Assembly (NCBI GenBank): GCA_000830275.1
Contig: CP010424.1
Location: 810,001 to 842,000, forward strand
DNA: 32,000 bases
Source: an archaeon GW2011_AR10
GTDB lineage: Archaea > Iainarchaeota > Iainarchaeia > Iainarchaeales > GW2011-AR10
Reading direction: 5' to 3'
Shown here: in pieces, positions 8,340 to 17,177 of the stretch
Layout: each line of letters opens with the position of its first letter
Position numbering within the stretch: position 1 is the first letter of the stretch
Translations under genes and position numbers: made by a program
Notes under the pieces: generated by a model
Told to the model about the DNA's origin: nothing
The model's input: only the letters and a program-made list of their open reading frames with translations
Database searches by the model: none

Positions 8340-8357
8340 CACTGGTTTTAACCAGTG
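8340..8357. promoter_or_regulatory. Perfect 8-2-8 palindrome CACTGGTT-TT-AACCAGTG between the wHTH gene and grpE; candidate operator
   Basis: Read directly from the sequence. It lies 24 nt upstream of the grpE ATG and downstream of the TATA-like GATAATTTT (about 8306-8314). Two TTGGCAG direct repeats (8296-8302 and 8316-8322, 20-nt spacing) precede it. Confidence 0.4.
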
Positions 8358-8381
8358 GAACATTGGGTTTTGAGTGATTAG

Positions 8382-8885
8382 ATGAAAAGGGAACAGCACA
8401 GAAAACCTGGCCTTAAAGAGCTGGAAATTGAGCTGGAAGAGCAGAAAAGGATGGCTGCAGATTTTAAGGAAACTGCTCAAAGGGTTCAGGCGGAGTTTGA
8501 AAACTATGGCAAAAGGGCGGAAATGGAAAAACAGTCCTTTCGGGAGTTCGCAAACGCGAAATTGATTGAAGAGTTTTTGCCTTTGCTTGACAGCTTTGAC
8601 TCGGCAATAGAAAAAATTGGGAAACACAAAAGCATTTCAATTGGGGAAGCCGTTGAAGGAATTAGTTCACTTCAAAAGCAGCTTCTCAGAATACTTGAAA
8701 AAAACGGGTTAAAGCGGATTGAAGCGGAAGGCAATGAGTTTGACCCAAACCTGCACGAATGCATGCTGAAAGAAAAAATTGAAGGGAAGGAAGACGAAGT
8801 AGTTTTAGAGGAATTGCAGAAAGGATATTTGCTGAAGGAAAAAGTTTTAAGACCAAGCAAGGTGAAAATAAACAAACTGGAGTAG
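8382..8885 (+). CDS. grpE: Nucleotide exchange factor GrpE
   Basis: Coiled-coil N-terminus with RVQAEFENYGKR (the GrpE RxxAEfeNyrKR signature) and C-terminal beta domain FDPNLHECM...GYLLKEKVLRPSKV. Confidence 0.93.
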   Translation: MKREQHRKPGLKELEIELEEQKRMAADFKETAQRVQAEFENYGKRAEMEKQSFREFANAKLIEEFLPLLDSFDSAIEKIGKHKSISIGEAVEGISSLQKQLLRILEKNGLKRIEAEGNEFDPNLHECMLKEKIEGKEDEVVLEELQKGYLLKEKVLRPSKVKINKLE

Positions 8886-8894
8886 TGATGTGTG

Positions 8895-10781
8895 ATGGCA
8901 AAAATAATTGGAATTGATTTGGGAACATCTAATTCAGCTGCAGCAATGCTTGAAAGTGGCAAGCCCAAGATTATTCCAAGCGCGGAAGGTTCTTCCCTGT
9001 ACGGAAAATCTTTTCCGAGCTATGTAGCGTTCACAAAAGGCGGCCAAACACTTGTGGGAGAGCCTGCCAGAAGGCAGGCTGTAAGCAACCCGAAAAGAAC
9101 ATTCACTGCTTTCAAGAGAAAGATGGGAACAGACTACAAATTCATGGTTGAAGGCAGAGAGTACACGCCGCAACAGCTTTCAGCATTTATTTTACAGAAA
9201 ATCAAGAAGGATGCGGAAGAGTTTCTGGGGGATAAAGTTGAAAAGGCAGTCATAACAGTGCCGGCATACTTTGACGACAACCAGAGGCAAGCAACAAAGG
9301 ATGCTGGAAAAATTGCCGGGCTGGAAGTAATCAGAATAATAAATGAGCCAACTGCTGCATCACTCGCGTACGGCCTTGACAAGAAGGGAAAAGAACACAG
9401 AATAGTAGTGTTTGACTTAGGCGGTGGAACACTTGATGTAACTGTCATGGAGTTCGGCGACGGAGTATTCGAGGTTAAAAGCACAAGCGGCGACACACAG
9501 CTTGGAGGAATGGACATGGACCAGGCAGTGGCTGACTTCATCATAAAAGAATTCAGGAAACAGGAGGGAGTAGACTTAAGCAAGGATGCAATGGCAATGC
9601 AGAGGGTGCTTGAAGCCGGGGAAAAAGCAAAAATAGAGTTGAGCACTGTACTGGAAACTGACATTAATCTCCCATACATTACTGCAACTGACCAGGGGCC
9701 AAAGCACTTGGCAATGAGTATTTCAAGGTCAAAGCTTGAGCAGCTCGTTGAACCAATCATCAAGAAATGCGATAAGCCATTGCAGCAGGCGCTTGCCGAC
9801 GCAAAGATGACGCCAAGCGATGTTGACAAGGTGATTATGGTTGGGGGCCCGACAAGAATGCCTATAGTGCAGAAGTTTGTGGAAAACATTGTTGGAACAA
9901 AAGTTGAAAGAGGCGTTGACCCGATGGAGTGCGTTGCAATGGGTGCAGCAATTCAGGCAGGAGTTCTAACAGGGGAAGTGAAAGACATACTGCTGCTTGA
10001 TGTAACGCCGTTAACGCTTGGAATTGAAACTCTTGGAGGAGTGATGACAAAGCTCATTTCAAGGAACACAACGATTCCAACCAAAAAATCCCAGGTTTTC
10101 AGCACTGCCGCAGACAACCAGACGGCTGTTGACATTCACGTGCTTCAAGGCGAACGGGAACTGGCCTCAGACAACAAGTCACTTGGCAGGTTCCAGTTGA
10201 TTGGAATACCGCCTGCCCCAAGAGGCATTCCGCAAGTAGAGGTAACGTTTGACATTGACGCAAACGGCATACTCAATGTAAAGGCAAAGGACCTTGGAAC
10301 AGGAAAAGAGCAGAGCATTAAGATTATTGCAAGCCAGAAGCTCAACGAGCAGGAAATTGAGAAAATGAAAAAGGAGGCAGAACAGTTTGCAGCAGATGAC
10401 AAGAGAAGAAGGGATGAAATAGAAACAATAAACCAAGCCGACAGCGTTGTGTACAGCACAAAAAAACTGCTGGAAGAAATGAGGGGAAAAATCGGTTCAG
10501 ACAAGGAAGAGCGGATACGGAAAGGCATTTCAGAACTTGAAGAGCTGCTGAAACCGGAAAAAAAAGATACTGCAAAAATCAAGGCAAAGCTGGATGAAGT
10601 GAACAGAATCGTGCAGGAAGCCTCAGTAGAGCTTTACAGAAAAGCCTCACAAAAAACTGAAAACCAGCAGTCAGCGCAGCCGCAGGGTGAGGAGAAGCCA
10701 AAGAGCCGCAAAAGCAGGAAAGGGGAAAAAGTGGTTGATGCTGATTACAGCGTTGAAGAAGACGATAAAGAGGAAGACTAA
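8895..10781 (+). CDS. dnaK: Molecular chaperone DnaK (Hsp70)
   Basis: [27 protein letters not shown] and the substrate-binding domain. ATG 8895 is preferred over the adjacent GTG 8892. Acidic EEDDKEED tail. Confidence 0.97.
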   Translation: MAKIIGIDLGTSNSAAAMLESGKPKIIPSAEGSSLYGKSFPSYVAFTKGGQTLVGEPARRQAVSNPKRTFTAFKRKMGTDYKFMVEGREYTPQQLSAFILQKIKKDAEEFLGDKVEKAVITVPAYFDDNQRQATKDAGKIAGLEVIRIINEPTAASLAYGLDKKGKEHRIVVFDLGGGTLDVTVMEFGDGVFEVKSTSGDTQLGGMDMDQAVADFIIKEFRKQEGVDLSKDAMAMQRVLEAGEKAKIELSTVLETDINLPYITATDQGPKHLAMSISRSKLEQLVEPIIKKCDKPLQQALADAKMTPSDVDKVIMVGGPTRMPIVQKFVENIVGTKVERGVDPMECVAMGAAIQAGVLTGEVKDILLLDVTPLTLGIETLGGVMTKLISRNTTIPTKKSQVFSTAADNQTAVDIHVLQGERELASDNKSLGRFQLIGIPPAPRGIPQVEVTFDIDANGILNVKAKDLGTGKEQSIKIIASQKLNEQEIEKMKKEAEQFAADDKRRRDEIETINQADSVVYSTKKLLEEMRGKIGSDKEERIRKGISELEELLKPEKKDTAKIKAKLDEVNRIVQEASVELYRKASQKTENQQSAQPQGEEKPKSRKSRKGEKVVDADYSVEEDDKEED

Positions 10782-10837
10782 CTCTGTGCCCTATGCAGTT
10801 GACACAGTGATTAATAAAATTGCTTTACTGGTTTTTT

Positions 10838-11983
10838 ATGGCTAAGCAGGACTACTACAATGTTTTAGGCGTTTCAAAAAACGCTTCACAGGAAGATATC
10901 AAGGCAGCCTACAAGAGGCTGGCCAAACAGTTCCACCCTGATGTAAGCTCTGATCCTCAAGCGGAGGAAAAGTTCAAAGAGGTTCTGGAAGCATACAATG
11001 TTCTAAGCGACCAGCAGAAACGCCACAACTATGATCAGTTCGGGCATGACGCTGAAAGGTTTTCCGGCTTCGGAGGTTTTAGGGCAGGAGATTTCTCAAA
11101 CATTGAATTTGATTTTGAAGAAATTTTTTCGGATTTTGGATTTGGCAGAAGCCCGTTCTCAGATATTTTTGGCGCAGCTTTCGGAAAGCAGGGCAGAAGG
11201 CAAAGCAGGGGAACTGACATATTAAAGCAGGTCAGCATTTCATTTGAGGAAGCTGCTTTTGGAACAGAAAAAGAAATTGAAGTTGAAAGGATTGAGGCTT
11301 GCCATTCGTGCAGTGGAACAGGCAGGGGAAGAAACTCAAAGGAGGTTAACTGTGAGGCCTGCAATGGCGCAGGCTTCCAGAGAAGAGTTAGGCAGACTTT
11401 TTTGGGAACAATTGCTACGCAAACAACATGCAATAAATGCGGAGGGGAAGGAAAAACAATCAAGGACCCATGCAAGAGCTGCAGCGGAAACGGCACGGTT
11501 AAAAAGTCAAGAAAAATAAAGGTTAAAATCCCAGCAGGAATCAATTCCGGGAATCACCTGCGCATTGCAGGCGAGGGAAATGCCGGTGAACGAAATGCCT
11601 CAGCAGGAAACCTTTTCATTGTGGTGTTCGTTGAACCACATGAAGTATTCAAAAGAGACGGCAAAGACATATTCATGGAAATGCCCTTGAGTTTTTCTGA
11701 GGCAGCTCTTGGCATTACAATTGAAGCCCCAACCCTTAAGGGGAAAGCGAAAGTGAGAATCCCTGCCAGCACGCAGACAGGCACTATTTTCAAGCTAAGG
11801 GGCCAAGGCATAAAAGAAGTAGGCTCCTCTGTCTTCGGAGACCAGTTTATTAAAGTCATCGTGCAGACTCCTGAAAGAATGACGCAAAAACAGCGGAAAC
11901 TCTTTGAAGAGCTTGCAGAAGAAGAAGGAACTAAAAATAAAAGGGACGGCTTCTTTGACAGGCTGGCGGGAAAATTCAGCTAA
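10838..11983 (+). CDS. dnaJ: Co-chaperone DnaJ (Hsp40, type I)
   Basis: J domain with HPD (KQFHPDV), a G/F region, and four CxxCxGxG repeats (CHSCSGTG, CEACNGAG, CNKCGGEG, CKSCSGNG). Start ATG 10838 (MAKQDYY). Confidence 0.95.
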   Translation: MAKQDYYNVLGVSKNASQEDIKAAYKRLAKQFHPDVSSDPQAEEKFKEVLEAYNVLSDQQKRHNYDQFGHDAERFSGFGGFRAGDFSNIEFDFEEIFSDFGFGRSPFSDIFGAAFGKQGRRQSRGTDILKQVSISFEEAAFGTEKEIEVERIEACHSCSGTGRGRNSKEVNCEACNGAGFQRRVRQTFLGTIATQTTCNKCGGEGKTIKDPCKSCSGNGTVKKSRKIKVKIPAGINSGNHLRIAGEGNAGERNASAGNLFIVVFVEPHEVFKRDGKDIFMEMPLSFSEAALGITIEAPTLKGKAKVRIPASTQTGTIFKLRGQGIKEVGSSVFGDQFIKVIVQTPERMTQKQRKLFEELAEEEGTKNKRDGFFDRLAGKFS

Positions 11984-12130
11984 AGACAGCGGGTTTCTTT
12001 GGTTGTTAAAATTTTGTTAAAATTATTACCCGGCATAATTCATTAGGTGTTTTTCCAGCATGTGCTGAAAACCCTTTTAATAGCTTTTTCTTCCAAGAAA
12101 TAGGTAACTTGAAGCGTTCAGGTTTTAGCC

Positions 12131-14539
12131 ATGGCAGATAACGGACCTGATTTTAAGGCAATTGAGGCAAAATGGCAGAGAAACTGGGAGAAAAACAGGC
12201 TTTACAAGTTTGACCCAAATGCAAAAGGAAGCATTTACTCTGTTGATACTCCCCCGCCAACCGTTTCCGGGAGAATGCATTTAGGGCACGCGTTTTCCTA
12301 CACGCAGGCAGACTTCATTGTAAGGTACAAGAGAATGAGGGGATTCAGCATATTCTATCCTTTTGGCTGGGATGATAATGGGCTTGCAACTGAAAGGCTC
12401 GTGGAAAAGAACAGGAAAATCCGGGCAAAAGATTTCACGAGAAAAGAGTTCATACGAATTTGCCTTGAGGAAACAAGGAAAGTTGAAGAGCAGCTTTTTG
12501 AAGACTTCAGCTCGCTGGGTTTAAGCGTTGACTGGAGCATAACCTATAGGACAATCGATGAATTGGCAAGAAAAATTGCGCAGACAAGCTTCCTTGACCT
12601 GCACAAAAAGGGGCGAGTTTATCAGAAGGAAGCACCGAGCATGTGGTGCCCAACGTGTGAAACTGCAATTGCCCAAGCCGAACTTGAAGACAGGGAACTT
12701 GAAAGCGCTTTCAACGACATTTACTTTGAGATTGAAAGCGGCGAAAAAATAGTTATTGCAACAACAAGGCCAGAGCTGCTGCCTGCATGCGTTGCAGTTT
12801 TTGTGCACCCAACAGATGAAAGGTACAAAAAGATTGTCGGAAAAAAAGCAAAGGTGCCATTGTTTAACCAGCTGGTTCAGATTTTAACAGATGAAAGGGC
12901 AGATCCAAGCAAGGGAACAGGCATAGTGATGTGCTGCACTTTCGGTGACCAAACAGACATGGAGTGGTATTACGCGCACAAGCTGCCATTAAAGGAGGCA
13001 ATAACAAAGGATGGAAGGATGAGTGAACTGGCAGGAAAATTCAAGGGAAAGCGAATAACTGAAGCAAGGAAAGAAATCCTAGAGGAACTGAAAATAGCTG
13101 GGCTGCTTGCAAAGCAGAAAAAAATCGTTCACTCGGTGAACGTTCATGAGAGGTGCAAGACCGAGGTGGAAATAATCCACACCAAGCAGTGGTTCGTGAA
13201 ATACCTTGACCTCAAGGAAGAATTCATTGTCAAAGCAGAGGAAATCAGGTGGTTTCCAAAGCACATGAAAGTAAGGTATGACAACTGGATTAAGGGGCTG
13301 CAGTGGGACTGGAGTATTTCAAGGCAGAGGTTTTTTGGAGTGCCTTTCCCAGTATGGTACTGCAAGAAGTGCGGCAACATAATCTTGGCAGAGGAAAAAG
13401 CGCTTCCTGTTGATCCTCTGCAGGATAAGCCAAGCAAAAAATGCAGGTGCGGAAGCAACGAGTTTGAAGCCGAAAAAGATGTTATGGACACATGGTTTAC
13501 TTCCTCGCTTACACCACAAATCAATGGAAAGTGGACTGTTGATGAAAAGCTGTTTAAGAAACTTTACCCAATGAGTTTGAGGCCGCAAGCACACGATATT
13601 ATCACTTTGTGGGCATTCAACACAATCGTGAAAGGATTGTTCCATCAGGGCAGGATTCCCTGGAAAGACATAATGATTTCTGGGCATGCACTTGATCCAA
13701 AGGGAAGGAAGATGAGCAAAAGTTTGGGAAACGCAGTTGACCCTGTTGGAATGATTGAGAAGTACAGTGCTGACAGCCTCCGCTACTGGGCTGCAGCAGC
13801 CTCTCTGGGGGAAGATTTGCCGTTCCAAGAAAAAGAAATGGTTGCAGGAAAAAAGTTTGCCACAAAGCTGTTCAACGCAAGCTGGTTTGTTGAAGCTGCA
13901 ACAAAAGACTTTTACTTGGGCAAATCGGATGAGAAAAAGCTTGAGTTTAAAGTTCTGGACAGATGGATTTTAAGCAGGCTAAACAAAGTAAAGAAAGAGG
14001 CAGAACAAGGTTTTGAGCGCTACGAGTTTGCACCTGCGCTTAATGCGGCCAGAAACTTTTTCTGGCTTGAGTTTGCCGATTATTACATTGAGGAGATAAA
14101 GCACCGGGTTTACAATAAAAAGGATTCAAGCAGGAAAGCAGCACAGTACACTTTGCTTAAAGTTTTGCTGGATATAGTGAAGATTGTTGCCCCGATAATG
14201 CCTCACTTGGCTGAGGAAATAATGAATTCAAGTTTCAAAAATTACCTGAAGGAAAAAAGCGTTCACTTGGAGGAATGGCCAGTGGCAGAGGAAAGATGGG
14301 TTGATGAAAAATCTGAAAAGGCTGCTTTGGCAATTAATAATGTGATCTCTAAAATCAGGAAGTTCAAGAGCCAGAACAGCATAGCCTTGAACAGGGAAGT
14401 AAGCAAAGCAGTCGTAATCGCTGGAAAAGACGATTTGGCAAGTCTGAAGGAAAACCTTGAAGAAATCAGGAAAATAATGTTTGTGAAAGAAATTGAAGTA
14501 AGGCAGGGAAAAGAGTTTTCGGTTGAAGTAAAGGCTTAG
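12131..14539 (+). CDS. valS: Valyl-tRNA synthetase (class Ia)
   Basis: PPPTVSGRMHLGH (HIGH motif), KMSKS present, an editing-domain CP1 segment (GTGIVMCCTFGD), and archaeal ValRS length (802 aa). Confidence 0.88.
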   Translation: MADNGPDFKAIEAKWQRNWEKNRLYKFDPNAKGSIYSVDTPPPTVSGRMHLGHAFSYTQADFIVRYKRMRGFSIFYPFGWDDNGLATERLVEKNRKIRAKDFTRKEFIRICLEETRKVEEQLFEDFSSLGLSVDWSITYRTIDELARKIAQTSFLDLHKKGRVYQKEAPSMWCPTCETAIAQAELEDRELESAFNDIYFEIESGEKIVIATTRPELLPACVAVFVHPTDERYKKIVGKKAKVPLFNQLVQILTDERADPSKGTGIVMCCTFGDQTDMEWYYAHKLPLKEAITKDGRMSELAGKFKGKRITEARKEILEELKIAGLLAKQKKIVHSVNVHERCKTEVEIIHTKQWFVKYLDLKEEFIVKAEEIRWFPKHMKVRYDNWIKGLQWDWSISRQRFFGVPFPVWYCKKCGNIILAEEKALPVDPLQDKPSKKCRCGSNEFEAEKDVMDTWFTSSLTPQINGKWTVDEKLFKKLYPMSLRPQAHDIITLWAFNTIVKGLFHQGRIPWKDIMISGHALDPKGRKMSKSLGNAVDPVGMIEKYSADSLRYWAAAASLGEDLPFQEKEMVAGKKFATKLFNASWFVEAATKDFYLGKSDEKKLEFKVLDRWILSRLNKVKKEAEQGFERYEFAPALNAARNFFWLEFADYYIEEIKHRVYNKKDSSRKAAQYTLLKVLLDIVKIVAPIMPHLAEEIMNSSFKNYLKEKSVHLEEWPVAEERWVDEKSEKAALAINNVISKIRKFKSQNSIALNREVSKAVVIAGKDDLASLKENLEEIRKIMFVKEIEVRQGKEFSVEVKA

Positions 14540-14603
14540 CTGGCAGAAGGCACGTGCAGAAGCTTTAAATATTAAAATATCTTTGATTAATAGGGGTTTT
14601 TCC

Positions 14604-15146
14604 ATGAAGAGGTTTCTCCTGATTATTGCAGTTTTGGTGTTGGTTATAATTGTTGCGACGGGCTTTTTTTCAAGGCTGCAAGCAGACCCTATTGCGGAGT
14701 TCAAAGCAGTTGAGGAAAAGTTTGGGTTAAGCGGGGAAAAGATTGTGCCAGCAAGCGCTGGAGAACTTTCAGATTACAAGAAAGAATTGCTGGAACTGAG
14801 GGCGCGCTTCAGGGGCCAGAAAGATTTGGATCTGCTTGTTTCAATGAAACTTGACTTGGTTGAAATGGAGCAGTCGCTCCTTGAAGTGCAGCAGGAATTC
14901 AGCAGGGTTGACAGGCTTAACCCTGACTGTTCAAGCGAAGGAAGAATTGCAAAAATCAGGGATTTAATTGAGAATGCTAAGGCAAAGGCCGGGCTTGCAC
15001 TAAACAAGCGAACGCTTTTCCTATCTGATTATGGGCAGCAGGCAAACCAGCTGGAGTCAATTAACTGGCAGGGTTTTGAGGACACAGTTAACGGGGTAAT
15101 GCTCGGCGCGGAATCAATTCAAACAATTATTAACTCTTATTGTTAG
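14604..15146 (+). CDS. Hypothetical signal-anchored protein, helical ectodomain/cytodomain
   Basis: MKRFLLIIAVLVLVIIVATGFF N-terminal anchor, then a charged, helix-prone sequence with 2 Cys. I recognised no family motif. ATG 14604 is preferred (SD AGGGGT) over track TTG 14583. Confidence 0.5.
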   Translation: MKRFLLIIAVLVLVIIVATGFFSRLQADPIAEFKAVEEKFGLSGEKIVPASAGELSDYKKELLELRARFRGQKDLDLLVSMKLDLVEMEQSLLEVQQEFSRVDRLNPDCSSEGRIAKIRDLIENAKAKAGLALNKRTLFLSDYGQQANQLESINWQGFEDTVNGVMLGAESIQTIINSYC

Positions 15147-15157
15147 AAAAAATTCTT

Positions 15158-15772
15158 ATGGAAAAAGAAAAGCTCATCCAGCGGGGAGCGGAAGCTGAAC
15201 TGTTTGAATGCGAGTATTTTGGGAGAAAAGCAGTAGCAAAAAGAAGAGTGCCAAAAACCTACAGGAACAGCCAAATTGACGAGAAAATCAGAAGGCTGAG
15301 GACAAAAGAGGAGTGCCTGCTTCTCCAGAAAGCAAAGCAGCTCGGAGTGAGAACCCCAATCATGTACAGGGTAGACAGAAAGAACTGCGAAATTTTAATG
15401 GAATTCATTGAAGGGGAAAAGCTTCGGGACAAGTTGAACAAAAAAAATTTCCAGGAATATTGCAGGAGAACAGGAGAAAACATTGGAAGAATGCATAAAG
15501 CAAATCTTATTCATGGTGACCTGACAACAAGCAATATTCTTATACATAACGATTTTTTGGTTTTTGTGGATTTTGGTTTGGGTTTCAATTCAGCAAAAGT
15601 TGAGGACAAAGCAGTTGATTTGCTTGCTTTCAAGAAAACATTTATGGCGACTCACTTTGACATTGCCGATGGGTGGAAAATGGTGCTGGAAGGGTATGAA
15701 AGCGCTTACTCGGAAGGAAAAGCCGCTGCAAGGCAAATTCCAGTAATTGAGGGAAGGGCCAGATACTCCTAG
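15158..15772 (+). CDS. bud32: Bud32/PRPK atypical kinase-ATPase (KEOPS subunit)
   Basis: LIQRGAEAELF glycine-loop equivalent, VAKRRVPKTYR, catalytic HGDLTTSNIL and DFGL. Compact RIO-like size. ATG 15158 is preferred over TTG 15140. Confidence 0.88.
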   Translation: MEKEKLIQRGAEAELFECEYFGRKAVAKRRVPKTYRNSQIDEKIRRLRTKEECLLLQKAKQLGVRTPIMYRVDRKNCEILMEFIEGEKLRDKLNKKNFQEYCRRTGENIGRMHKANLIHGDLTTSNILIHNDFLVFVDFGLGFNSAKVEDKAVDLLAFKKTFMATHFDIADGWKMVLEGYESAYSEGKAAARQIPVIEGRARYS

Positions 15773-15908
15773 CCTATTGAACAAGCTTAAAGGCCATTGC
15801 ACCTTTTTGGGTTGGTGAAACCTATTTAAAGGTATCGTAAGGGGAGTTAGTTAAAGCAGATTTTATTTTTTTGCTTTTCCATTCCGGAAGGGTGGAAAGG
15901 TGGTTTAA

Positions 15909-16418
15909 TTGAAGAAATCCGAAGAAAAAAAGCCAAGTAGCACTGCAGGCACTGCTAAGGCAAGGAAAAAAGAAGCTAAGGAAGTAGAGGGCAAACCAAA
16001 AAAGAAAGCAAGTGTAGCTAAGCAGGTTTTCGACTTCGTAGAGTATGGGCCGAAAGAAATAGAAGAGGCCATAATCAATTTAGCCAATTCAGGGTATACA
16101 CCCTCCCAGATAGGGATGGTTTTAAGGGACCAATACGGCGTGCCAAGTGTAACCAAGGTAGCTGGAGAAAAAATCGAGGAAATACTTGCAAGGCACAAAC
16201 TTTTGGGCGATACCCCAAGAGACCTCCTTAACCTGATTGAGAAATCCGTCAGGCTGCAAAAGCACCTGAAGGAAAACAAAAAAGATTTTACTGCAAAAAG
16301 AGGTTACCAACTTTCAGTCAGCAAAATCAGGCGACTTGTAAACTATTACCATAGGGCCGGAAAGCTTTCAAAGGAATGGCGGTATACTCCTGAGAGAGCA
16401 GCATTGCTAATAAAGTAG
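15909..16418 (+). CDS. rps15: 30S ribosomal protein S15 (uS15/S13e type)
   Basis: GYTPSQIGMVLRDQYGVPSV and the C-terminal LQKHLKENKKD...RRLVNYY pattern of uS15. Apparent TTG start after AAGGTGG. The N-terminus is a Lys-rich extension. Confidence 0.85.
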   Translation: MKKSEEKKPSSTAGTAKARKKEAKEVEGKPKKKASVAKQVFDFVEYGPKEIEEAIINLANSGYTPSQIGMVLRDQYGVPSVTKVAGEKIEEILARHKLLGDTPRDLLNLIEKSVRLQKHLKENKKDFTAKRGYQLSVSKIRRLVNYYHRAGKLSKEWRYTPERAALLIK

Positions 16419-16427
16419 CGTGATACG

Positions 16428-16544
16428 ATGAGATTTGAGTACAACTTAATATTTGAGGGAAAAAAGTTTGAAAACAGCGGGAACAAACAGGTTATGGAGC
16501 TAGTTGATGAACTCAACAGGCTGATTGATAAAAGCAGGAAGTGA
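16428..16544 (+). CDS. Candidate small protein (38 aa), not in the ORF track
   Basis: ATG 16428 to TGA 16542-16544 reads MRFEYNLIFEGKKFENSGNKQVMELVDELNRLIDKSRK. It fills almost all of the rps15-rps3ae gap. Its stop lies inside the rps3ae SD, 5 nt before ATG 16550. I have no homology support. Confidence 0.25.
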   Translation: MRFEYNLIFEGKKFENSGNKQVMELVDELNRLIDKSRK

Positions 16545-16549
16545 CTGGA

Positions 16550-17173
16550 ATGGCCGAGAAAGAAAGCAAAAAACCAGAACAAGTGCAGAAAAAAGCAATA
16601 GTCAAAAAAAGAACGGTTGACAAGTGGAAGAAAAAAGTATGGTTCAATGTATTTGCTCCAAAGGAGTTTGAAAGAAAAGAAATAGGGACAACAATTTCAG
16701 AAAAACCAGAATCCGTTGTGGGAAGAAAAATTGAGATTAGTGTGAGAGACCTTGCTGGGCAGCCGAAAGGACAGCATGTAAGCATTTTATTTAAAATTGT
16801 GGAAGTGAAAGGAAACAAGGCCTATGCCGATGCATTTGGACACACGATTAGGGAAAGTTATCTCAGAAAATTCACGGGCAGAAGAAGCAGCAAAGTGGAA
16901 ACCGTGCAGTTGGTTTCAACAAAAGACAATGCAAGCTTGAAAGTTAAGACTATTTGTCTTACCGGAAGAAAAGTTGACAGGAAAAAAGAAAAGGCGATAA
17001 GAAAAATTATTGAATCTGAAATAAGCAGTGTTGCCAAGCAAACGCAGTTAGCAGATATTGTCTCTGACTTGGTGTTTGGGAACCTGCCCCAAAAAATTTT
17101 AAGCAAAGTAAAAAAGGTTTCTCCAATCAAAAGAATCGAAATAGTGAAGTCGAGGTTAATCTCTAAAAAGTGA
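16550..17173 (+). CDS. rps3ae: 30S ribosomal protein S3Ae (eS1)
   Basis: KKRTVDKWKKKVWFNVFAPKEF is the canonical eS1 N-terminal motif (DKWK..KxWy.v.AP). ATG 16550 is preceded by GGAAGTGA. The alternative is GTG 16541. Confidence 0.9.
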   Translation: MAEKESKKPEQVQKKAIVKKRTVDKWKKKVWFNVFAPKEFERKEIGTTISEKPESVVGRKIEISVRDLAGQPKGQHVSILFKIVEVKGNKAYADAFGHTIRESYLRKFTGRRSSKVETVQLVSTKDNASLKVKTICLTGRKVDRKKEKAIRKIIESEISSVAKQTQLADIVSDLVFGNLPQKILSKVKKVSPIKRIEIVKSRLISKK

Positions 17174-17177
17174 TTGA

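Noticed and set aside
8208-8381. Bacterial CIRCE/HrcA control of the grpE-dnaK-dnaJ operon.
   Set aside because: No TTAGCACTC-N9-GAGTGCTAA-like element is present. The upstream regulator is a 145-aa wHTH protein, not a ~340-aa HrcA.
8208-8627. N-terminal 140 residues of the 285-aa track ORF (7770-8627).
   Set aside because: This part runs antisense through the grpE promoter and the first 246 nt of grpE. It is F/L/K-rich with no domain signal. The wHTH domain begins after internal ATGs at 8207 and 8198, which have a TATA-like box at the right distance.
9134-9889. Long antisense ORFs inside conserved genes: 251 aa opposite dnaK, 231 aa at 19891-20586 opposite secD, 173 aa at 2920-3441, 188 aa at 16858-17424, and 197 aa at 23633-24226.
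   Set aside because: Each lies entirely antisense to a gene with unmistakable family motifs. They have S/L/F/C-rich low-complexity composition and no SD or promoter. They are typical shadow ORFs of moderately AT-rich coding sequence.
12046-12090. Imperfect palindrome GGTGTTTTTCCAGCATGTGCTGAAAACCC after dnaJ, as a special regulatory element.
   Set aside because: It is most simply a dnaJ 3' hairpin followed by T-runs (a terminator), next to the valS TATA-like TTTTAATA. Nothing distinguishes it from ordinary operon punctuation.
16419-16549. C/D-box sRNA, suggested by TGATGA at about 16508 followed by CTGA 10 nt later, and CGATGA at about 16426.
   Set aside because: Box spacing does not fit. 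The guide would be 10 nt rather than about 12, and the C-to-D span would be about 95 nt. There is no terminal stem or proper C'/D' pair. A continuous 38-codon ORF explains the region at least as well.
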